Position numbers and translations under genes: made by a program. The notes beneath the pieces were generated by a model. That model had not been told where the DNA came from. It did no database searches and was given only the letters and a program-made list of their open reading frames with translations. Positions 1 through 11,863 of a stretch of 64,000 bases of DNA are shown piece after piece (the first letter of the stretch is position 1; each line of letters starts with the position of its first letter). Source of the stretch: Psilocybe cubensis (Eukaryota); contig CM039000.1 in the NCBI GenBank assembly GCA_017499595.2, positions 2,418,001-2,482,000 of the forward strand, given 5' to 3'.

Positions 1-525
1 CTTCGTACAGGGATCTCTCACTGCCATGGGCAAAACTCCATCACAGTATCCTACTCTTATTTTACGGGAAACAATGGCTGTTCAGCAATTCAAAATATCG
101 ACTGAGGCAAACGGTCTACAAATCTCGTAGCTGTATAACTTCAACGTTGCGATTACTTGAATTGGGGCCCATCTAAGTTTTCGTTCTGTCCTTTCTTATC
201 TAGCCGTTTCTACAAACAGTCACCCGGGTTGACTATACAACAGAGCTCAAAAGAACTGTCTACAGGACTGTTACCTCCGTTCTCCGTTTGCTTTCTGTCT
301 CCAACAAAATCAATGGTTCATGTCTGCTAGCACCTAAACTATCACCGCCTTGTCAATCGCATAACAATTATCCTCAGGTTATCCTTGCGCAAACATCTTG
401 GTCCTTGATTTTGTCTTGCCTGCCATCACACTGCATTTAGATAATTCCCCACCACCTCGCACTTGTCATTCCGAAGAGTTCCGTCTTCTTCGATTGCCAC
501 ATCCTGAGAGACAGGCGACAACCTC

Positions 526-541
526 ATATATATATATATAT
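526..541. repeat. (AT)8 microsatellite
   Basis: atatatatatatatat read directly. Confidence 0.8.
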
Positions 542-1009
542 CATTACCCAGTTGGATAGGGCTAACATTTGACTTTTTCTTTGGTGAAGGTCCGGAAGCT
601 CCTCGCCCGGATATACCAGCACTGGTACACCTATCTATCTCCATTGGGTGGACCAACTTTTTAGCCTTATTTCGAAAAACTGGATTCACAGAAATGGTGC
701 ACAAGTCTTGTCCAAAGATCGTATCAGTGGGGGTAGCACAGCTATATGCTTCGCTGACGGAGGTCATAGTCCTTAACTTTAGCCTCTCCGATACATAAAC
801 CATTTTGTTTTTGGGTTTTTGCAACAAATAATTCTGCTTCAATAATACAGTATTATTCCCTACCCCGCAAAGTGATCGAGGGTACCCTGTAATGATGCAA
901 CATTTTGATTAAATACACAAGAAATTAGATTCGTAAGAATGTCCTTCAAATATTGTCAACAAATTCCGGGATCTAAAAGTACATATGCAACAAGAAAGCT
1001 TCAGGGTCG

Positions 1010-2491
1010 TTACAACAACCTTAGCATGCTCAACAATATAATAACCGCCCAGGCGGCCACATGATAGTTTGGGGAAAGAGAAACTGCGTGACTGCTTGAA
1101 CCCGGTACGGGCAGGAAGTGAGAGGAATCTATTTTTTGCTGCTCGAGATTTTGCTGAGAGCATTAGCAAGTGTCAGTAGTGTAAAAAACATAGGAGAAGA
1201 TGGCAAGGTACTACATTACCTTAAAAGACACGAGGCCAACAATAATACCAAGTGCGAAAAAGATGCAGGCCACAATCAGCCATAAGAATCCCCACACTGT
1301 AAATAATTTAGAATCATTTCGTCGGTCACTAAATATAGCGAACTTCAATTCTACACACCTCTCGATGGACAGCAGCCACAGATGCGTGCGAATTCAGAAG
1401 CGTCGGAGGTGTTCACTTTCCGTGCAAGGGTGTCGTCTAGAAGAAGTGGAATGAAGCAGGGAGGATAGCAAAGAGAAATATAAATCCATACCAACAACAT
1501 CCCATATAACATACATGCACGACATAACGCCAATGAAAAGTACCTTGTGACGTTGAAGAATAAGGTAAAAATCATCAATGGCAATACAAATTTTTCCAAC
1601 TTACCAAGTAGCGAAGTGCAATTCCACCGCCGACAAACCAGAAGAGCACAATCAGTCCAGACATACCAAAGATCAAAAGCCACGATCTTTTCCTTGATGT
1701 CAGAGTTCGAATTGAAAACGTAGCGAGAACAAAACTTTACAGCCAATTTTTGCGTGCCCACCATAGTGTGAAAAGAAAGAAAACAGCCAAAACAATAGAT
1801 GCTACTTTGCTTGCGTTGGTATTGAAACCGCATGCTATCAAAGCTGCACCGATGAAGGAAGAACCGAGATATCCTGCCGGCAGAGTCAACCATGGTACTC
1901 CGCCTGACATGCTGGTGGCCCCTCCTTCGTCGGCTGTCCCAACGGAGAGGTAAGTAAAGCCCATATCACCTGAAAAAGAAAAGAGAAAGTCATACGATCG
2001 AGCTCAATGGAGTAAATCTTAGCACAAGTAAGAACGCCCACAAATGCATGGCTCATCTGAGTAAGTAGCATTATAAACTCCGGCTCGCAAGAATTGGAGG
2101 AGTGAACTTACTTCATGAAATCCAACGGTCAAAAGTCTGATAAACATTAGATTGTGTATATTCAGCAAAGCGCTTATGGCTTACTTGAATGGGTATACTA
2201 ACAGCATACATTAGCAAAAAGAAGCGACGAAGGGTTGCAAGAACTCACTGATGACCCGCAAATAGGGCAGGTGCCTTCAATAATTTAACCAGTGGTAAGA
2301 ACAAAAAGGCACTGGAGAAGTAAATCTGCTCACCATAGAATAAATATGACAACGATATATATGCCAGCGACGATCAACGTATTCCTTTGGGTATCATTGG
2401 GGGTCACTCGATCCTTGAAATCTCGAATGAAAAGCTGAGTAGGTCCGGGAACAAAAAGTGGTTGGAAGGGATCGAGATCAACACTAGGCAT
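1010..2491 (-). CDS. Peptidase M50B-like membrane metalloprotease (multi-exon)
   Basis: ATG at 2491 (MPSVDLDPFQ). Spliced exons give YPFKLLTVGFHE|MSHA (HExxH split by an intron), GGATSMSGG..LPAGYLGSS..GAALIACGF and DDTLARKVNTSDASEFARICG, all typical of fungal Peptidase_M50B. Several hydrophobic segments; stop TAA at 1010-1012. Confidence 0.85.
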
Positions 2492-2706
2492 GTGGGTATC
2501 CTGGGACTATGGTGGTGGTGGTTTAGGAGAAAGGAAGTCAAATTGGCGCAGCACTGGGTTCTGCACAGGTCGTTCGGTTCGACGATCTTGGCAAGCCTGC
2601 CGGCCAATTTGGGCCCGCGTCTTCGCTGATCGCTATATTTGGCTTTACATCCAGCTCAACATTCAAGCTCGCGCCTCCTTATGTTGTAACTCATCTTCCA
2701 TATACC

Positions 2707-4377
2707 ATGCGGTATTTACGGGTCGCGCTTATACATCCAGATCTTGGAATTGGTGCTTAATGTCTTTCTTTCTTCCCAATAACACTCTAATAACTCTGAA
2801 TAGGTGGCGCAGAGCGTCTCGTGGTTGATGCTGCTCTTGGGTTGCAACGACTAGGCCATGATGTCAATCTCTATACGTCTTATCACGATCCGCAGCATTG
2901 TTTTGAAGAAACGCGGGATGGTTCGTTTTTCTTCCATCCTGACGTATGGCTCGTTGATGTCGTATTCATAAGGAACACTCAAAGTGCATCATATTGTCCC
3001 ACCGTTTCCTCGTTCGTGGAAGGGGAAATTCCACATTCTATTTGCCCATCTACGTCAGCTGCATCTGACGTTTCGGCTCCTTTCATGGGGTGCTCCAACC
3101 TATGATGTTTACTTTGTCGATCAGCTCTCGACCTGCATACCCTTTCTCCGAGCATTTGGCCAAACACGCGTAGTGTTTTATTGTCATTTTCCGGATAAAT
3201 TACTCGCCGACGGCGCTTTTGTTGAAGGAAATGTTGTCAGGAACACAAACTTCTTGAAACGGTTGTATCGACTTCCTATGGACTGGTGGGAAGAGATCAC
3301 GACGAGTAAGTTTCAGTAAACGCTACATAGGATATTTCTCAATGCGACGATCCTCCAGGACAAGCCGATATCATTCTCGCCAACTCAAGATTTACAGCTC
3401 GCATCTTTAAGTCTTATTTCCCCTCCATCTCCCAAACACCACGCGTCGTATACCCTGGAATCAATATTTCCGCATATGAAGATGCAGTAGACTTACTCGA
3501 CCTTGATACAGTCGCCGTCACCTCGTGAGTCAACCTTCTGGGCCCTCTCTCAAAATTACACTTAAAGGCGCCTCTATTCTAGGCAACGCCCAACACTTCT
3601 CTCATTAAACAGATTTGAAGGGAAAAAGAACGCGTTGCTTGCTCTGGAGGCGTTTGGCTTATTGAAGAGCAGACATCCACACCTTGGCCGCCTACGCCTT
3701 GTTCTTGCGGGTAGGTTCATTGCGAACTTGTAAAATTCTCGTAGCTGATCTTCCTCTAAGGTGGATATGATCCTAGGCTGGAAGACAATGTCCGTACTCT
3801 GCAACAGCTCGTTGACCGCACATCAACACTTTCATTAACTTATAATGTCACTTCTCCTGGTCCCATACCTTATGGCATGAGCTCGTCTGATTCAGAAACA
3901 GATGTCCTCTTTGTGCTCAATTTTACGACATCGCAGCGGACAGCATTATTACTCTCGTCGAGTTCACTGGCGTTGCTGTACACACCCGCTAATGAGCACT
4001 TTGGCATTGTGCCTGTAGAAGCTATGGCATGCGGCATTCCTGTTTTGGCCTGCGACTCCGGAGGTCCAACAGAAAGCGTCGTTGATGCTTCTCTGGTCAA
4101 GGAAGAAGGCACCGGGTGGCTCCAACGGCCAGACCCACAGGTGTGGGCGGACACATTGCTGGAGATAGTAAACCAGTCTCCCTCTGAGCGGGAGGAAATG
4201 GCGCAGAGAGCGAAAGCGAGGGCGCGGTCGCTATTTGGTATGGAGGCGATGACGCGAGGACTGGATGACGCCCTCCAGCAGGCGGTAGACTTGGGTCCGG
4301 TGGATGTTTTTGGATGGACGATGATTGTGATTGCGTTTTTCCTAGCATACCTAGCTGGCCCTTTCTTGTTACCTTGA
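2707..4377 (+). CDS. ALG2: Alpha-1,3/1,6-mannosyltransferase (GT4, N-glycan precursor synthesis)
   Basis: [84 protein letters not shown]-terminal hydrophobic tail; GT-AG introns join the ORF pieces. Confidence 0.95.
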
Positions 4378-4864
4378 TTGTTAATTTATTGTATGTATGG
4401 CAATGGATGAAACCCATGTACCCCTTAATTTCGTGGTCGGTGAGTGTACAGACTGACCGGGCCGCTTTAAGCCTGAGTGCCCCCGCATTCAATATTTCCC
4501 GCTCAGCTCTTTTAATCTTAATCACCACCACCACGCTTTCCTTTTGATCCAACTGTTCCTTCAATATTTATAGTCTGCCTGACTCATTCTCTGCACTCGG
4601 GGACCTTCTACGACCGCGTTATCGCTCTCTCCTCTGTCCTGTATCTCATCTCCAACTTTTCGTTTGACTCTCTCGACCCATTCAGCATCCCACTCTTGGT
4701 TCCAGGATCTAGCCTCTCGGCAAGCTCAGCAAGCGGCACAAACGCCATTGGCTTTTTCCTAGAGCAGGCTTGCCCATTCCATTCACCCTCAAAAAAGGCG
4801 AAAGAGCTTTACAGGCACGACAAATTATTCATTCATCTGAAAGACGCAATCGGCACTTGTGACA

Positions 4865-6951
4865 ATGGCATTTTCGTTGACCGGACCTCGTGGAACCTCA
4901 AGCAGTAATAGTGTTGCAGGCGGAAGTGGTAGTGGCCACCGAGGACGAGCGAGTGGCACCTTACCGTTCAATGGAAGCGGTAACGGGGGCGCAGGTGGTA
5001 ACTGGGGTGCTGGCGGAGGATCGGGAGCAGGCTTTGGCTTCGGTCTCGGTCAATCAGGAGGAATTGGCGGCCCTGCGAATGGCTTTAGTGGGGCAGGAGC
5101 TCCAGGGAGCAGACGGCATGAAGAAGAACTCATCAATGCTTATGAAGCGGAGGAAGAGAGGATCATCAATGTGCTTTCAAAGAAGTTGGAACAGGTAAGC
5201 ATTCTTCTTATTTTCGACCTTTAGTTCGTTCTCTTTGCTTTGACAAAATTGTAGATAAATTGCAAATCTTTTTCTTGTTCACAGGCCTTTTTTGATTGTT
5301 TATCTATTTCATATCATTCTTACCATCTTATTCATTCATTTCAGTTACGCGAAGACAAGATAGAACTCGAGAACGCGCTCGAGGCAGAATCAGAAAGTCA
5401 TGTAAATAAACTCTCCCGCGAGCTTGCATTGCTACGTATGGCAAATCGGGAGCTTCAGGAACAATTGTCGGCAGAGCGAGCTCGCAGTGTGAATGTCGGT
5501 ACGAGCGTGGATTCTACCGAAGCTAACGGTAGCAGTGACGCAGGCACGCGGCGCACACAAGTCGATAGCAGCGACACAGATGCAGCAACAGCGGATTCAA
5601 GTGCAGGCACGAGCGTGCTTGCTTCTGGCCTAAGGATGCTGGGCAATGAGGCCAACCCGAATGTAACCATGATGTTGGATGCGTTGAGGAGAGAGAACGA
5701 ACAACTCAGGAGTAGACTGGTTGGCACAGAGAGAGAGTACGTACGGTTAAAGAGACTGAACGAGGTTTACAGGGAAGAACTAATAGACTGTCGCGGACGA
5801 GTGAGTAATAAAATTGTTGCGCGTTGGACATCTAATGATATCATCATCTCTGTAATTAGTTAGGGCTCCCTGTTGACAATTTGATTGGGCTGACTCCTGC
5901 AGATCGCGACCCATTCTCGCACCCGACTCATCTGCGGTCGAGGTCGGAATCAGAATCGTATTCGAGGCCCAGATCATTATCATCATCTTCTTCTTCATTA
6001 TTCTCGCCTTCAGTATCGGTCATTCCATGGGCTACCAGCGGTAGTCGACGAACCGAGACCGGGAGTTTAAACGATCACTCAAATATAAATTCCAACGCAA
6101 GCTCACCATCAACGTCTAGCTTTATTCCTGGAGGTGTGGTTGGAGGAATGGCAATGTCATATAAACCTAGATTTACTGGTGGCGCAGGGTACGCGCAGAC
6201 TGACAGTGTCGCTTCTGGGAGCACGCGTACGTATTCCAATGTGCGGGCGTCGGGCTCGAATGCGCAGTCACAGACGCACGGGGTGCCAATTCCACGACCA
6301 CCGTCGCAAGTCCCAAGACCCGTGAAGCACACGCACGAGCCGTTTACCGGAATCAACGGTGACGATGAAGATGTAGATCCTGAACTCGAGGAGCGTATAC
6401 GCGGAAGTACGGTGCAAGAGGAAGCTGTACTATCAACATCTTCCTCGGCGTCGGGTGAGTCGACGGGGTCTGGAAGGTCTCTGTTGTATCCGTTTTCGCC
6501 TTCATCAGTAGGCGTAGAGCCAAGCAGCTATATGAGTGCAGAAACTGACGTGACAAGCCCGCCGTCATCCGGGTCGTTTGGGATGATTGGAATGGGGATG
6601 GGACACGGGGCGAACGCGGTGGTGATGGGAGGAATAGGCATGGGCGCATATGGAGTGCCTCAACGGGGACTATCGTATCCGTCTGTGCCGCCGCCGTCGC
6701 TGAGCTCGAGCTTTGGCAGCCCGTCTGTGACGTTCCATGGGCTGCCGCCACGAGAAGCGTCGTCGAGCCCTGTGGAGCCACTGAGCCGGCGGGGGTCTAT
6801 TGGGGGAAGAAGCTTGGGACGAGGCAGCTTCGATAGAGGAGCGGGGCTCCCTGCTGGTGCCCGAGTAGCGGAGACGGGGACACTGCAGCGGAGTCGGGCA
6901 GGGAGCCTGGCAGTGAGCACTCTGCAAGAAAGTGAAGATGGTGAAAGTTGA
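4865..6951 (+). CDS. CCDC6/H4-like (DUF2046) coiled-coil protein with long Ser/Gly-rich disordered tail
   Basis: Spliced EAEEERIINVLSKKLEQ|LREDKIELENALEAESESHVNKLSREL resembles the CCDC6 repeat; second coil LDALRRENEQLRSRL; introns ~5195-5343 and ~5801-5859. Confidence 0.7.
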
Positions 6952-7000
6952 ATAACCTATGTACTTGTTATAAACAAATTATACATTATACACTTGAATT

Positions 7001-8713
7001 ATGTCACCGGCTTGTCTCTCTGCCATGGCCACCGACCTCGCTAAGATAACTCCTCCCCGCGATCTCTCCGATGCTCAGAAAGCCCTCGTCTTCGAGCACT
7101 TCTTTCGACGTCTCGCAACCTATCGCAATACCGCCGTAATTTATGCCATCCTTGACGACACCAATGTCACTGAGTTTGAGGCGTCTCTCAATGTCTGGGG
7201 TCAGTCGCTCCTCGAAAAGGCTTGGCTCGTCTGTCGCGGCGACGATACAGGTATATCGCCTCTCAGTTCTATGTATACCCTGCCTCACACTAAAGCCAAC
7301 AGAAAATTGTCCACAGTTGGATTCTACTTCGGATACAGCTACTATTCATCTAGACAAGTTGCCCCCACAAGAGGACATTGCAAAAATACTCAATACTATC
7401 TTATTCTTGGATATCACTGCCTCTACGCAGTACTCAGCGCGCACCCGTGTCTTTCTGGCATCTCTAGGTCCGTTGGACGAGTCCGCCATCGTGGCAGCCT
7501 TGAAGAATCCCGATCACATTATAGATGAAGCACAGAAGCAGGCAGAGACCTCGAGACGCTCACATGCCGACAAAGGAAAGACCCTGCGGATAGTTGGGAT
7601 GGGCGTCGGTGCGGTGGCTGGCGGCATCTTGCTGGGGGTTACCGGCGGTTTGGCTGCTCCTCTCGTCGGGGCAGGAGTTACGACTGTCCTGGGTTGGCTC
7701 GGCATGGGAGGTTCTGTTATAGGATTGCTCGCAAGTGGTTTGGCAGGCTCTTCGGTCGTTTGCGGCGCCTTGTTTGGCGTCTATGGTGCAAGGTCGACTG
7801 CTAGCATGGTGGAGCGTCATACAAAAGATGTCAGCGATCTCGCTTTGGTGCCCATTCGCAGTGGCAAGGATGAAGGAAATAGTGACACCTTGGGCGTGAG
7901 GCTCTGCGTCAGTGGGTGGTTAGACAGTCCGGAAGATGTCACGGCACCATGGCGTGTACTCGAGGGAGACGACACATATGCCCTCCAATGGGTAAGTGAC
8001 TATCGTCCCAGATGAAGACGCGTCATGCAACTCAATTGTGGGACAGGAAATGAACGCACTCCAGGAGTTGTCGGACGCCATGTCGACACTGGTCAAGTCG
8101 CAGGCAATGAATTACGTGAAGGCACAAGTGATCAAGAGAACGGTGTTTGCAACCCTGATGAATTCATTGGCCCCATTGGCATTGCTACGAATAGGACAGA
8201 TTATTGGTATGTTCTCTGTGTATTTTGGAGCAAGAGGTATGCGGCTGATATGAAAAAGACAACCCGTGGATGAATGCGAGAGCACTGGCGATCAAAACTG
8301 GAGCTGTATTGGGGGACATGCTCGCGAACCGGGTGTTCGGAAATCGACCTGTGACATTGACGGGTTACTCGCTTGGTGCACTGGTGATCTACGAGGCGCT
8401 GCAACATCTAGCTCGACTGCCGCCGTCGCAAACGCGCGACCTGATCGAGGACGTGTTTCTGTTTGGCACGCCCGTGGGTGCGGATGGGCGCAAATGGACT
8501 AGTGTGCGGCGGGTGGTGTCGGGGAGACTGGTGAATGGATATGCTCGCGACGACTACGTGTTGGGAGTGCTGTGCCGGGCATCGGAGGCGACGTGGGAGG
8601 TGGCGGGGCTGGAAGAAATAGACGCAAAGGGCGTTGAGAACATGTGTTGTGAAGGAGTAGAGGGGGACAGAATGTGGCGCACCATTGCTGCCAAATATGT
8701 ACCTCGCACGTGA
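7001..8713 (+). CDS. DUF726/TMCO4/Mil1-like alpha-beta hydrolase membrane protein
   Basis: GGILLGVTGGLAAPLVGAG hydrophobic block, LCVSGWL, RPVTLTGYSLGA nucleophile elbow, VRRVVSGRLVNGY..DDYVL. The start may be ATG 7001 or ATG 7025. Confidence 0.88.
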
Positions 8714-8823
8714 TCTAATTACTCAGTCTCTCCCGCTTATGTTCTTCTCCGTCATCTAAATAGTTATTCCACAGCTGTCCATGCCCTCGTCTTTTTCCTT
8801 TTGTTTCTTTTTTACTCTATCTA

Positions 8824-10118
8824 ATGGCTAGTCTAACTCCTCTAAATGCTCTCGTCGGCGGCCTCGCTATTCCTGTCGCTGCACACGAGCTTCTTCTTCT
8901 CAATGGCAATGTATACGGAATATCTGGCTTCATTCACCGTGCAATCAAGGGCAGCACAGAAGCCATGGCTGGCGTCGCCGGTCTCGTTCTCGGTGGTGCT
9001 CTAGTGGCCAGGATGGAAGGTCACGGTCCCGCATCTTTATCTTTGGCTTTTCCCAAGGTCTTGGTTTCTGGTTTTTTGGTCGGACTGGGAACAAAGGTCA
9101 GTCAGCTCACGCTTACACCGCAGTTCGCAGCTTATCTTTGTTTTCGTCTAGATGGCCAACGGCTGCACATCTGGGTACGCTTATTCCACCCGATTTTAGA
9201 TGCGTCTTTGCCTCATATTATAAATAGACATATGGTATGCGGGATATCGCGTTTCTCCATAAGGTCTGCGAGCGTCACTGGGCGCTTCCATATACATGGT
9301 TTTCTAACTAGGTCTTGTGTGTTCAGGTCGATAGTCGCGACCGCCACGTTTTTCACTGTTGGCGTCTTAACCACACAACTCATCCATCAAGATTTTCCCG
9401 CAGCTGGCCCAACAAACTGGTCCATCGGCGCGGAGGGCTACAGACTGTTGGCTCTTCAGGCCATTCCCTTGTCTTTGTCTGTGCTTTTGTATGCGTTGGT
9501 ATGTATTCTCCCTTCTTATCTATTCCATGCGCAATTATTTACGCGACTTAGAACTCGTACCCCGAAGTAGAGAATCCCGCCACCGACGCCAATTCAAAGA
9601 AAGAAAACGTTGACGGTATCAATGTATACCCCGGCCTGCGTATCCTGGCATATTTAACGACAAGCGTGCAATTCGCCTTTGCACTGCGCCTTTCCAATCT
9701 GAGCGAGGCATCTCGCGTGATCTCCTTTCTCCTCCTCCCCTTCCATTCCGCGTTCGACCCTTCCCTTGCCCTCGTCGGCGCTGGTGCGCTGGGCTTGGGC
9801 ATCCCCCTCTATCGTTACTTTCGTGGCAACGAGCGCCCACGCCTTGGTGGTAAATGGGCAATTCCTAAAGGTGGTAAGATCGACTCGCGGCTTCTGATAG
9901 GATCGACTATCTTCGGTGTTGGCTGGGGGATGGCGGGTATTTGCCGTGAGTCCTTTGCTTTTAATTTTTGACGGCGTCGCTGGCTTCTAATTACAATTTC
10001 TTAATCAGCTGGTCCAGGTTTGGTAAACTTCGGGCGCGCTTTGGGATCTGGAGGCCAAGCTCTCGCACCGTATGCTGGTTGGCTCGCGTCCATGGTTATT
10101 GGCGGTTTATTTGCCTGA
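8824..10118 (+). CDS. YeeE/YedE (TsuA-like) sulfur-compound/thiosulfate transporter, fused two-domain form
   Basis: Spliced motifs LNGNVYGISGF, GLGTK|MANGCTSG|HMVCGISRFS and IFGVGWGMAGIC|PAGPG-like; FDPSLAL; multiple TM helices; stop TGA 10116-10118. Confidence 0.85.
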
Positions 10119-10466
10119 TAACAGGCTGATGCTTTCAGCTCAACGCTAAAATTTAATGAAACTACAGAGGTCAAAATTATGTACTGCAAGGCATTGCCTT
10201 TATTATCGATGTATCCATTATTACCCATGGAATTAATCAATTTTAGCACTCAACACACTATTCGTGGATCTTACCAGCTCTTACCGGTTTCAAAGTTTGT
10301 TATCGAATCATATTAGTCGAATTCATACGAAAAATAGACGGTTGGAGCTTTACTAATCAACTGAGTGAGTTAATTTAGTTGTATAAGCACCATGTACGCT
10401 AAAAGCTGGTTTTGGTATCAACCAAGTATCAAATGACTACAAAATACACAAAAAAAACAAGAAAAA

Positions 10467-11729
10467 TTATGATGCCACAGCTGCAGCAGATGCTATTGAA
10501 TTGGCCGAGGGGCCTGCGGTATTGGCAGGCTGCTTGGGTCTACTTCGACCCCATTTGACTGTTACCCGTTCGCCGTCTATTTCGAGACCATTTGCCCAAG
10601 CCTGGGCTGCAGTTTCAGCAACAGTACGCTCCCGGAAATTGACAAAAGCACATCTAGTGGAACGCAGTCATTATTAGATCGGATATCAACATGTGCTACT
10701 TGCCTCGTCTTTTCCACGTGAACTATAGATTTGAGTTGTGTAGCTTGGATACTTGGGAGGGATTGTAAGACTTGGGTACGTATGCTCATTTCTGTAGAGG
10801 TAACAGGGAGAGAAGACAGGAATAGTGAGGTCTGGTCGTACATTTTATCAATAAAACGACCATAGATGTAAGAAGAATTAAACACATACTACTGATACGT
10901 CATCTGGAGGCTTCAATCCTTGGGCCTCAGCATGACCTGCCATAATTTTTCTCGCCACCGGGTCATTTCGCCCGTGGTAACGATCCTGCATATTTTGGTG
11001 CGCCAGTTCGTTGTCTGCAGGTATTTCATGTCGATACGGACATTCGGACCCGCGCTTGCATTCTCCCTTTGCGAAAAATGAACACACATGAGGTCTGTTG
11101 CGTTTGTAATAAGGATCCGTCCTCGCCAGCTGTTTGAGCATCTCTTTTCCGGCAGATGCTGCGCGTCCAGAGTCGAGACCGGACTTGTTTCCGTCAAGCT
11201 GTAATCACAACGGTACATGAAAGATCACAATGAACGGGTTGATCGCGTAAAACGCAGGTAGTGCTCACCTTGCCTTCCATATTCTGTGCATAATATTCTC
11301 TATTTATGTCGCTTGTGGGAGCCTCGTTCTGCAGGCCTAGAGCTGTATCTCTAACTTGTGTTGGGAGACCGTATTCCAAATCAAGCAGGCATGTTTGGCA
11401 CACATTCTTAATCTTGGCGCAAGTCTGGCAAATGACAGTGGTTTTGAAGCGTGCTCCTGAGCCAGGATTCCAACGGAACACAGTGAAGGGTCTCGCACAA
11501 GTACCACATGAGCGTCCGTACTCCTGTTTTGACTAAAGTCGCAGTTGAGAGAAATGTATTCAATCCCAAAAATATGCATACCATCCGAATAAATGGATTG
11601 TCGCCCAAACCTGTTCGCTGTTAGTACCTGGCACAGAGGATATATTAATTGCAACTTGCATGTTTCGCAAAGAATCGGAAATTCACTCTGCTCCCATCCC
11701 GCTTTGTTGATATCAGCCTTTGGTGGCAT
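10467..11729 (-). CDS. SLT11: Pre-mRNA splicing factor Slt11/Ecm2/RBM22
   Basis: [40 protein letters not shown] finger [20 protein letters not shown]-terminal RRM-like segment. Confidence 0.95.
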
Positions 11730-11863
11730 GGTAATAGGTGTGTGGAAGAGATACGACCAAGTTGGTTGTGGTTGGGTTTGAAAGCTGTAGGCGTAATCAC
11801 TTGCTGACAAACTGTTATGGTCACGTTTCTCTCTAGTGATCAAATGGCCCTTTGCTCTCTCCC

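Noticed and set aside
1..900. 138-codon minus ORF (426-842) and surrounding unassigned DNA; possible pseudogene or transposon relic
   Set aside because: No recognisable motif, it contains an (AT)n microsatellite, all frames close soon after it, and I saw no terminal repeats or transposase/RT signature. A repeat-library search is needed.
5195..5343. Long U-rich CCDC6-like intron with internal AG sites (hidden microexon, nested intron or snoRNA)
   Set aside because: The flanking exons join in frame without extra sequence, and there are no convincing internal donors or C/D or H/ACA boxes.
8824..9570. Single 248-aa ORF suggesting an intronless YeeE N-terminus
   Set aside because: The conserved GCTSGH motif appears only after splicing; the first intron is 55 nt, so the long ORF is accidental read-through.
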